Assembly: GCA_003599175.1 (NCBI GenBank)
Contig: QZIY01000020.1
Location: forward strand, 1 to 52,159
Direction of reading: 5' to 3'
DNA from: Candidatus Parcubacteria bacterium
GTDB lineage: Bacteria; Patescibacteriota; Minisyncoccia; Phycocordibacterales; UBA2100
Length of the DNA stretch: 52,159 bases
Shown here: positions 19,679-27,390 of the stretch, piece by piece
Position numbering within the stretch: position 1 is the first letter of the stretch
How the letters are laid out: every line of letters begins with the position of its first letter
The notes under the pieces: model-generated
What the model was told of the DNA's origin: nothing
What the model saw: only the letters and a program-made list of their open reading frames with translations
Databases searched by the model: none
Position numbers and translations under genes: made by a program

Positions 19679-21019
19679 ATGAAAAAGGGGGAGATCAAGC
19701 TGACCAAGAATGGTACCGGCCAAAAGCTTTGGCGCAAGGCAAAAAAACTCATTCCCGGCGGCAACCAACTCCTTTCAAAGCGTATTGAGCGCTTCCTGCC
19801 GGAATACTGGCCTGCGTATCATGGCAGGGGAAAAGGGGCAGAGGTGTCGGATCTCGATGGCAACCGGTATCTCGACATGTGCATTATGGGCATCGGGACG
19901 CTCACGCTTGGCTACGCCGACCCTGATGTCGATCGCGCGGTGATCCAAACGATCAAAGGAGGATCTATGGGCACGTTGAATTCCCCGCAGGAGATTGAGC
20001 TTGCGGAGCTCCTGATAAAGCTTCATCCATGGGCACAGATGGTGCGTTATGCGCGAAGCGGAGGAGAATCCATGGCAATCGCGGCACGTATCGCGCGTGC
20101 ATATAGCGGCAAAGAAAAAATCGCATTCTGCGGCTACCACGGCTGGGCCGATTGGTACCTCGCAGCAAATCTTTCGAAGAAGGATGGGCTCGACGAGCAC
20201 CTGATGCGGGGTCTTGAGCCAAAAGGTGTGCCGCATGGACTGAAGGGCACTATTTTACCCTTTCGTTACAATCATTTTGAAGAACTAGAAAAGATTCTCA
20301 AAGAAAACGAGGGTGAGATCGCTGCGGTCATCATGGAGCCGGTGCACGGCGAAGAACCAACCGACGATTTCCTGAAAAAAATCCGCAACGTCACCAAGGA
20401 GCTCAGTATCCCCTTAGTGTTCGATGAAATCACGATGGGTTTTCGCCTCACCATGGGTGGCGCGCACCTCTTGTATGGCATCGAGCCGGACATGGCGATC
20501 TTTGCCAAAGGAATGAGCAATGGTTATCCAATGGCGGCGATCCTTGGTCGCGAGGAGATTATGCAGGCAGCGCAAGACACGTTTATCTCGAGCACGTACT
20601 GGACGGAAGCCATTGGCCCTACGGCGGCGCTTGCCACGATCAAGAAAATGAAAGACAAAAAAGTCCACAAGCACCTGCGGACTATCGGTGTTCTGGTGCG
20701 AGATGCGTGGCAGAGCGCATCGAAAAAACACGGCATCGAGATCGGCTTCAGTGGCCCTTTGTCGTTGCAGTTCTTCGCGTTTAAGGGGAAGGACGCAGGG
20801 GCATTGAAAACGCTCTTCGTGCAGGAGATGTTGCGCCGCGGTTTTCTTGCGTCGGATCTTTTTTATGCTTCGTACGCACACACCCCCGCGCACGTGAAAA
20901 AATACGCGGCAGCGATCGATGAAGTATTCGGTATCCTCAAGGAAGCACTCAATACTAACACCGTTGAAAAACGGCTCCTCGGCCCGATCGCCCGCGCTGG
21001 ATTCGAACGGCTCAATTAA
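19679..21019 (+). CDS. Class III aminotransferase (glutamate-1-semialdehyde aminomutase-like)
   Basis: DLDGNRYLD, GYHGW, FDEITMGFR, FAKGMSNG. Confidence 0.88.
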   Translation: MKKGEIKLTKNGTGQKLWRKAKKLIPGGNQLLSKRIERFLPEYWPAYHGRGKGAEVSDLDGNRYLDMCIMGIGTLTLGYADPDVDRAVIQTIKGGSMGTLNSPQEIELAELLIKLHPWAQMVRYARSGGESMAIAARIARAYSGKEKIAFCGYHGWADWYLAANLSKKDGLDEHLMRGLEPKGVPHGLKGTILPFRYNHFEELEKILKENEGEIAAVIMEPVHGEEPTDDFLKKIRNVTKELSIPLVFDEITMGFRLTMGGAHLLYGIEPDMAIFAKGMSNGYPMAAILGREEIMQAAQDTFISSTYWTEAIGPTAALATIKKMKDKKVHKHLRTIGVLVRDAWQSASKKHGIEIGFSGPLSLQFFAFKGKDAGALKTLFVQEMLRRGFLASDLFYASYAHTPAHVKKYAAAIDEVFGILKEALNTNTVEKRLLGPIARAGFERLN

Positions 21020-21020
21020 C

Positions 21021-21368
21021 ATGGCAGGGGTGGGCATTGATATTGTTGAAGTTGCGCGGTTTCGCTCTCTTTGCACAAAAAAGGGTCGGACGAGCCAATT
21101 CGTTCATCGCGTGTTTAGCGATGAAGAACAATCATACTGCTTTGCGTTCAAAGACCCGGCACCGCATCTTGCCGGTATGTTTGCAGCGAAAGAAGCAATA
21201 CAAAAAGCGCTCGATCAATTCACTACCCCGCTCACGCAAGTAGAAGTGAGGCACAAAAAAAGTGGAAAACCAGAAATCTGGCTTCGCGGCAAACGGGCGA
21301 AGCATATTTTGATTTCCATATCGCACACTAAAAGTACCGCCTGTGCAGCTGCGTTTGCGACACGATAG
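21021..21368 (+). CDS. acpS: Holo-[acyl-carrier-protein] synthase
   Basis: GVGIDIVE, FAAKEA, GKP, ISISH. Confidence 0.92.
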   Translation: MAGVGIDIVEVARFRSLCTKKGRTSQFVHRVFSDEEQSYCFAFKDPAPHLAGMFAAKEAIQKALDQFTTPLTQVEVRHKKSGKPEIWLRGKRAKHILISISHTKSTACAAAFATR

Positions 21369-21372
21369 GATC

Positions 21373-22056
21373 TTACAGCGAGACGATTGTTTCTTGGGGG
21401 AGACGAATCAACGAACCTGACGGATACGAAGTACTGTCATTGCAAAGCCTTAAAATAATTGCTGCCACTTCCTCGGGCGTTGTCACCTGATCTGGCATTT
21501 TTGATTGCAAAAAAGTTGTCACTTTTTCGGGAAGATCACGATTCAAGCCACCAGACATGAATCCCGGCGCAACCGCATAGACGTTCCAGTCCTTTTCTTC
21601 GTGCGACAGCGTTTTTAGAAGTCCCTCAAGACCAGACTTGGCGGCTGCGTATGCGCCCACCGGTCCCGCATACTGGTGTGCTGCCTCGGATGTAATCCCG
21701 ATAAATGCCCCGCTTTTTCTCAGGTGTGGACGAATGGCTTTTGCAAGAAGATATGCACCGCGAGTCGCGGTTGCCATTGTAGAGTCGAATTGTTCAGCTG
21801 AAAGCGAAAGGAGCGGTACCCGATTAAGTTTTGGAGAGGCAGCATGTACGCATGCATCGACTCGTCCGTACCGAGCGATGATCTCGGCAATCGCGTCCTG
21901 TACCGATTGTTCGTTCGTTACATCGCAGTGAACACTGGGGTCTTGTGCGTTTAACGAGAGAGAAACAACATGCCACGCGCGCGCCTTAAAGAGGGTGCTG
22001 ATTGCGTTCCCGAGATATCCACTCCCTCCGGTAACGATAAGTACAGGTTCACTCAT
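21373..22056 (-). CDS. SDR ketoreductase (FabG-like)
   Basis: TGGSGYLG, YAAAK, VAPG. Confidence 0.82.
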   Translation of the reverse strand: MSEPVLIVTGGSGYLGNAISTLFKARAWHVVSLSLNAQDPSVHCDVTNEQSVQDAIAEIIARYGRVDACVHAASPKLNRVPLLSLSAEQFDSTMATATRGAYLLAKAIRPHLRKSGAFIGITSEAAHQYAGPVGAYAAAKSGLEGLLKTLSHEEKDWNVYAVAPGFMSGGLNRDLPEKVTTFLQSKMPDQVTTPEEVAAIILRLCNDSTSYPSGSLIRLPQETIVSL

Positions 22057-22481
22057 ACGATTGTACGCACCTGGGAATGTACGACACCGGTAGCAACGAC
22101 ACGATCGCCGACACGCACGGTGATATCGATTGCAACAATGTTCGCCGACGTGCTTATGCTTGTCACGGCTCCGTCCACTTGAACGGTATCTCCGATGAAT
22201 ACCGGCTGTTTGAATTCAAGCGTTTCCTTCATCAAAAGCGCGTGTTTCCCCGGAAGCTGCATCCCGATGAGCTGCGAGACGAGTGCACCGAGAAAGAAAC
22301 CGTGTACGACACGTTTGCCAAACGGCGTATCAGTGGCGTAGGCGTCATCGACGTGGAGCGGATTCATATCGCCGCTCAGCGCGGCAAACGCGTCGATATC
22401 GGCTGCAGCCACAGTGCGCGTCAGACGTGCTGTATCGCCGATGCGAATATCATCCAGGGTGAGTTCTTGAACGCCCGTCAT
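22053..22481 (-). CDS. MaoC-family (hot-dog) dehydratase
   Basis: FAALSGDMNPLH, HGFF, FKQPVFIGD. Confidence 0.92.
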   Translation of the reverse strand: MTGVQELTLDDIRIGDTARLTRTVAAADIDAFAALSGDMNPLHVDDAYATDTPFGKRVVHGFFLGALVSQLIGMQLPGKHALLMKETLEFKQPVFIGDTVQVDGAVTSISTSANIVAIDITVRVGDRVVATGVVHSQVRTIV

Positions 22482-22708
22482 AGCTCTATGCCTTTTTTAC
22501 GGAGCGCTCCCATGACATCGCCCAGGGACTGCATCGAAAGTACCTCCTGCATGTCGAAGACAACGCCATATTCTTTTTCAAGGTCTGCGATAAAGAGCAA
22601 GTAATTCATGGAATCCCACTCCGGTACATCCTTTGGCGTTAACTCTGGTCGGATGTCAGCCGCCGGAATCTTGAGTTGTTCGGTTACTATTATTTCGAAT
22701 GATTTCAT
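22478..22708 (-). CDS. Acyl carrier protein
   Basis: 76 aa and acidic, with WDSM phosphopantetheine motif and LEKEYGV. Confidence 0.88.
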   Translation of the reverse strand: MKSFEIIVTEQLKIPAADIRPELTPKDVPEWDSMNYLLFIADLEKEYGVVFDMQEVLSMQSLGDVMGALRKKGIEL

Positions 22709-23739
22709 ACGAGTGTGACCCATGATGGCATGACAGCGGCATCGACCGCTACCGTATTCCCCGTAAAATTCTTTTCGATAAATATTTTAGCCGGCATATT
22801 TTTTTCGGTTGGCGTGAAGATGATGTCGAGGGTTTCGGCTCCTTCCGCGCGAGCACTTTCTGCGATCGCGGCAAGAAACGCTTCTTCGACGCCTCGGCCA
22901 ATGACACGGCAGGAAAGGAGCAGTGATTCAATGTGCCAAACCGGCGCGAGCTTTTGCACGAGCGCAAATGCGGTAATGCCGTAATCGCCGAATTTGTCGG
23001 TGACACGTGCACACAAGACAGCGTAATGCGGGTCACGAATAAACGCATCGATCTCCTCGACGGTGAGTGGTTTTTTGTTGGTATTGAACTGATTTGTTTT
23101 TTCGGTGAGTTGCGAAAGTCGCGCCACTTGGGCGGACGCATCTTTCAGAATTTCAACACGAAATCCAAGGCTTTTGAGAAATGCATCTCGATCAGTGAAT
23201 TGTTTTTCCGCCTCGCGGCGCAATCGTTCCGTCACGTACATATTGCCGCGCATTTTGTCTTCGTCGGTGATGACGTTGGCTTCGAAATAGGGGAGTGTAT
23301 GCAAAAACTGTGCATATTCTCTCGGATCCACCGGCAACTCCGGCGTCTCTACCTCAGGTACGAATTGTCGCATCGCGGCGCGGTTTTCTGGATTGTCGTC
23401 GAGGAAAACCATCGAGTCGAGACCAATGTTGAGTTCTTGGGCGATTGAGCGAATGTTTTCGGTCTTATCTGACCAATTGATGCGCATGGCTGCGAAATGG
23501 TTGCGTTTCAAAATCATGTTGGGATTAGCATCGATCACTTCCAAAGCGTCGCTTTCGTTGTTCGCACTCGCGATCGCCAGAATGATGCCGCGGTGATTGA
23601 GGTCGAGGAGTGCCTGCTGAAATGCGACGAAGTACGCCCCCGGTGGTGTGAGGCCAAGTGCTATGCCACGGGGACCATCTTCTCCAACAACCCCGCCCCA
23701 GAGCGTGTTGTCGAGATCAAGGACGATGCATTTTTTCAT
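22705..23739 (-). CDS. FkbH-like HAD-IIIC phosphatase / glyceryl transferase
   Basis: LDLDNTLWGGVVGEDG, FLDDNP, KTNQFN, DKFGDYG, LLSCRVIGR (conserved Cys). Confidence 0.92.
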   Translation of the reverse strand: MKKCIVLDLDNTLWGGVVGEDGPRGIALGLTPPGAYFVAFQQALLDLNHRGIILAIASANNESDALEVIDANPNMILKRNHFAAMRINWSDKTENIRSIAQELNIGLDSMVFLDDNPENRAAMRQFVPEVETPELPVDPREYAQFLHTLPYFEANVITDEDKMRGNMYVTERLRREAEKQFTDRDAFLKSLGFRVEILKDASAQVARLSQLTEKTNQFNTNKKPLTVEEIDAFIRDPHYAVLCARVTDKFGDYGITAFALVQKLAPVWHIESLLLSCRVIGRGVEEAFLAAIAESARAEGAETLDIIFTPTEKNMPAKIFIEKNFTGNTVAVDAAVMPSWVTLV

Positions 23740-23793
23740 AGGGACTCGTACAGTATCGTTATACTACTTGAATTTACTCGCCCGCTCAACGAA

Positions 23794-24606
23794 CTACACA
23801 TTGCCTCGCAACTTGTCGATCGAGTGCTGTGCGAGGAGGAAGTACGGGTCTTCATCTAAAAGTCGCATGGCGATGTCATACAGGTCGGCAGCGCGCACCA
23901 CCTTAATGGTGCCGTTTCCGAACGTTTTCTCGTGGAGCGCGTGCGAGGCGCGCAGGTGTGGTTCGATTTTTTGCATCTCGTTGTCTACCTCTTGCTCGAG
24001 TGGTCGTGCGAAATACGTGCACCAATCCTTTCGCGTCTCATTGCCCTCGATAATGCTGCCCGTAAACGTTTTAAGGAATCGATAGGGGACTTTGTGCATT
24101 TGTTCGACATGAATGAGAAACGTGCAGTATTCAAAATCGACGCCGAACATAACGATTTTCGCATTGAGTTTGCGAAGATTGTCGAAGACGGATCCTTTGC
24201 CAAAGGTGTCCTTGCTTATGGTGAGTACCTCGTTCGTACGCTTGCCCCATGCGGCGATAGAGTGCATTGGCTGCAAAGAGCGCTTCACGCCGGGTTGCTG
24301 CCTAAAAAATTCGGACAGTGACCCGACGGTCGATCGGCTCTTTTGAACATCGAACGCTTCGCCTTTCCCCCAGCTAAAGCTGAAGGCGGGGAAGGTGACC
24401 GTACCGTCTTCGCCAACACTTTCTTTAAACGTCTCAATGAGCGCCGACAAAAAAGTATCTTTGTTTGGCGTTGCCAACTTACCGAACACTGCGATATCGG
24501 AGTGGATAAACAGCATATCGCCTTCTGCAACGCCGACTTCGCGCAAGGCGCGTAGCAAATCACTGTCAGTGAGATCTTCCTCATCGCACGTATAGAGAAG
24601 GGTCAT
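23794..24606 (-). CDS. AAC(3)/YokD-family N-acyltransferase
   Basis: FIHSD, PAFS, GSLSEFFR, RSLQPMHS, TFLIHVEQ, VPYR. Confidence 0.88.
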   Translation of the reverse strand: MTLLYTCDEEDLTDSDLLRALREVGVAEGDMLFIHSDIAVFGKLATPNKDTFLSALIETFKESVGEDGTVTFPAFSFSWGKGEAFDVQKSRSTVGSLSEFFRQQPGVKRSLQPMHSIAAWGKRTNEVLTISKDTFGKGSVFDNLRKLNAKIVMFGVDFEYCTFLIHVEQMHKVPYRFLKTFTGSIIEGNETRKDWCTYFARPLEQEVDNEMQKIEPHLRASHALHEKTFGNGTIKVVRAADLYDIAMRLLDEDPYFLLAQHSIDKLRGNV

Positions 24607-24728
24607 ATTTTTATTAAAGAGACTACGCCCGAACGGCAGAAAACTCAAGCTGATCAGGAGCATAGTACAAAAATGTTCGCCATAATGGCGAATGGCGGGA
24701 AGGCGTGGGGCACGCTATAGTAGCACCC

Positions 24729-26477
24729 ATGCAGCTTTTTAAAACGTTGATGTCGCAGTATCGATACCACATGGCGCTCTTGATTGTGCTTGGCTTTCTC
24801 TCCGGTGTGCTTGAAGGTCTCGGAATTACCGCCATCATTCCACTTTTTTCCTATCTTTTAGGGCAAGATGTTCCGGTCGGTAATAAAATAGTAAGCACCA
24901 TCGTCGGATTGTTTGACTACTTGCCGATTGCATATAGCCCAGTATCACTTCTTCTTTTCGTCATTGTGCTCTTTATCGTGCGCGCACTCGTTATGGTCGC
25001 TTTTTTTTATCTGCGCTCGCGCGTGTCTTCGAGCTATATGGTGCGTACCATGAACGATTTATGGAACAAAGTTCTTCATGCGAAGTGGGGTTTCTTACTA
25101 CACCAGCGGCTCGGTACGATCGATGTCACCATTTCGCGCGATGTGCGCAACGGTCAGTCGCTCCTTGAAAATATCTCGCAAGCCGTGCTCGTATTCACGA
25201 ACCTTATCATTTACATTTCGCTTGCAGTCTATATATCTCCTGCCATAACGCTTGCCACCGCCGTCGCCGGGACGCTCATGCTTTTCGTGTTACGGCCAAT
25301 CCGCAAGCGGATCAAGAAAAATTCTCGCGCCTTAAGCGGTATGGAGAAAGACATGTCGCACTTCCTCAATGAACATACACTCGGTCTCAAAGCTGTAAAA
25401 TCCGCCGCTGTGGAATCCGCCGTATATCGCGCAGGCCTCACATGGTTTGACGCATTTAAGCAACTTTTGATCAAATCTGTCTTTTTTGGCGCTGTCAGTT
25501 CGGCGTTTACCCAACCAGTCGCGCTCATATTTATGACCATCGTCTTTCTCTTCTTCTACGGCAAGGGCACACTCGAGCTCGGTACGTTTATCGCGCTCAT
25601 CTATCTCATTCAAAAGATTTTCGCCTACGTGGAATCGGGACAAGTTGCGCTGCATAGCATTCAGGATCGTCTCCCGTACGCAGAGCATGCTGCAGAATTT
25701 GCTCATACATTAGCGACAGAGGCGGAGCCAGATGATGGCGCACGACGTTTCGGCTTCCAGCGTGCAATTGAGTTTTCACATGTCGGGTTTTCATACACGG
25801 GAGAGAAAAAAGTGCTCGATGATGCTTCGTTCAGTATCGTGAAAGGGTCGCTCACGGGACTCATCGGGCCTTCGGGAAGTGGTAAAACATCGATTGCTGA
25901 TCTTCTCTTGCGTCTTTTTGAGCCGACGTCTGGCATCATATCGATAGACGGAGAAGATATTCGTTCATTTGATATTTCTGATTGGCGCCGCAGCATTGGC
26001 TATGTATCGCAAGACATGTTCCTCCTTAACGATACGGTTGCGGCAAACATCCGCTTCTATAACTCCGAGATGAGTGATGAAAATGTTCGTGAAGCAGCAC
26101 GATTTGCCAATTGCACTGAATTCATAGAAAAACTACCGCAAAAGTTTGAGACCGTTATCGGCGAACGGGGGATCATGCTCTCGCTGGGACAGCGGCAGCG
26201 CATAATACTCGCGCGCGTGCTTGCGCGAAAACCGGAAATATTGATCCTCGATGAAGCGACGAGCGCGCTCGATAACGAATCGGAGCGTCTTGTGCAAGAG
26301 GCGATTGAGGGTTTGAAACAGAACATTACGATTTTCATCATCGCGCACCGGCTCTCGACCGTTAGAGGCGTCGATATGCTTCTCGTTTTGCAAAACGGCC
26401 GGCTCGAAGAGAGGGGAACACCGCAGGAGTTGCTTGCAAATCCCGATTCCTATTTTTCACGGATGTACAAAAAATAA
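24729..26477 (+). CDS. ABC exporter, fused TMD-NBD (PglK/MsbA-like glycan flippase)
   Basis: N-terminal TM helices, GPSGSGKT, LSLGQRQR, ILDEATSALD. TATAGT lies 7 nt before ATG 24729. Confidence 0.9.
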   Translation: MQLFKTLMSQYRYHMALLIVLGFLSGVLEGLGITAIIPLFSYLLGQDVPVGNKIVSTIVGLFDYLPIAYSPVSLLLFVIVLFIVRALVMVAFFYLRSRVSSSYMVRTMNDLWNKVLHAKWGFLLHQRLGTIDVTISRDVRNGQSLLENISQAVLVFTNLIIYISLAVYISPAITLATAVAGTLMLFVLRPIRKRIKKNSRALSGMEKDMSHFLNEHTLGLKAVKSAAVESAVYRAGLTWFDAFKQLLIKSVFFGAVSSAFTQPVALIFMTIVFLFFYGKGTLELGTFIALIYLIQKIFAYVESGQVALHSIQDRLPYAEHAAEFAHTLATEAEPDDGARRFGFQRAIEFSHVGFSYTGEKKVLDDASFSIVKGSLTGLIGPSGSGKTSIADLLLRLFEPTSGIISIDGEDIRSFDISDWRRSIGYVSQDMFLLNDTVAANIRFYNSEMSDENVREAARFANCTEFIEKLPQKFETVIGERGIMLSLGQRQRIILARVLARKPEILILDEATSALDNESERLVQEAIEGLKQNITIFIIAHRLSTVRGVDMLLVLQNGRLEERGTPQELLANPDSYFSRMYKK

Positions 26478-26530
26478 CTTTCAGTATCGCATAGTGTATA
26501 CAGTACACATATAAGGTATCATTACATTGT

Positions 26531-26857
26531 ATGGATCTTGCGATGTCACTCGGTTGGCTTGCCACGTTTCTTTTTACAATCTGCTATGTGCCGCAGATTA
26601 TCAAGACTGTGAAAACACAGTCGGTGAGCGGTCTTAGTTTTTGGCTTCTTTTTATACAATTCATCGCCAACATAGTCGCATTTTGTTATGCAACGCTCAT
26701 CGCGCAGCCCCCGCTTCAAATCAAGTATATACTCGCGCTCTTTTTTCTTCTGATATGTATGGGCGTATATATTCGTGTGTATCGAAAAAATCCACCGCAG
26801 CGACAAATCTCATCGGCAGAATCGCTTCCCGATGCACCCGATCAAGTGGCCCTCTAA
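26531..26857 (+). CDS. PQ-loop / SemiSWEET-like small transporter
   Basis: YVPQIIKT...SGLS motif with three hydrophobic helices. Confidence 0.8.
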   Translation: MDLAMSLGWLATFLFTICYVPQIIKTVKTQSVSGLSFWLLFIQFIANIVAFCYATLIAQPPLQIKYILALFFLLICMGVYIRVYRKNPPQRQISSAESLPDAPDQVAL

Positions 26858-27390
26858 ATCAGTTTCTTCGCTCGCATTTCAGTCCAGAGCTTTTCGATAC
26901 TTTTATGCACGCTTGTTTCAGCCGAAATTCTGATATCTGGTCGCTCCGGTCGCTCGTACGGGCGATTGTCGCTCATACCGATGATCTCCATCTCACCCCT
27001 TTTCCCTTTTGCGTACAATCCCTTCACGTCGCGCTCGATACAAATGGAAAGCGGTGTATCTACAAAAACTTCAATATATTGATCACCTAAAAGAGCTCTC
27101 GAGTTTGCGCGATCTTCCGCATAAGGTGAAATCGCTGAAACAAGCACGAAATCATTGTCCGCGCTTTGTTTGAGTGCAAGTTCTGCGAGAAGGCGATTAT
27201 TCTTGCGTATATCGTCGCGCGAGAATCCGAGCGGTGTTGCATGTTTTTCACGGACATCATCGCCGTCGACGAGGCTAACGATTTTACGCGACGCTTCCAG
27301 TCGCGTTTTGAGCGCGCGGGCGAGCGTGGTTTTACCTGAACCAGACAGACCAGTGAACCACAAGATCCGACTCATAGTTTTATTCGACAA
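26854..27390 (-). CDS. cysC: Adenylyl-sulfate kinase
   Basis: WFTGLSGSGKTT, DGDDVR, ISPY, RDVKGLY, YERP. Confidence 0.92.
   Translation of the reverse strand: MSNKTMSRILWFTGLSGSGKTTLARALKTRLEASRKIVSLVDGDDVREKHATPLGFSRDDIRKNNRLLAELALKQSADNDFVLVSAISPYAEDRANSRALLGDQYIEVFVDTPLSICIERDVKGLYAKGKRGEMEIIGMSDNRPYERPERPDIRISAETSVHKSIEKLWTEMRAKKLI

Noticed and set aside
19679-21019. Calling the gene hemL
   Set aside because: No other tetrapyrrole genes nearby, and it is embedded in a sugar operon.
23794-24606. AAC(3) as an aminoglycoside resistance gene
   Set aside because: No mobile or integron context; it sits in line with FkbH/ACP in a glycan locus, so a biosynthetic role is more likely.
24676-24692. 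Palindrome ttcgccat-a-atggcgaa in a divergent promoter region
   Set aside because: Single 8-bp-arm instance with no regulator nearby; could be chance.
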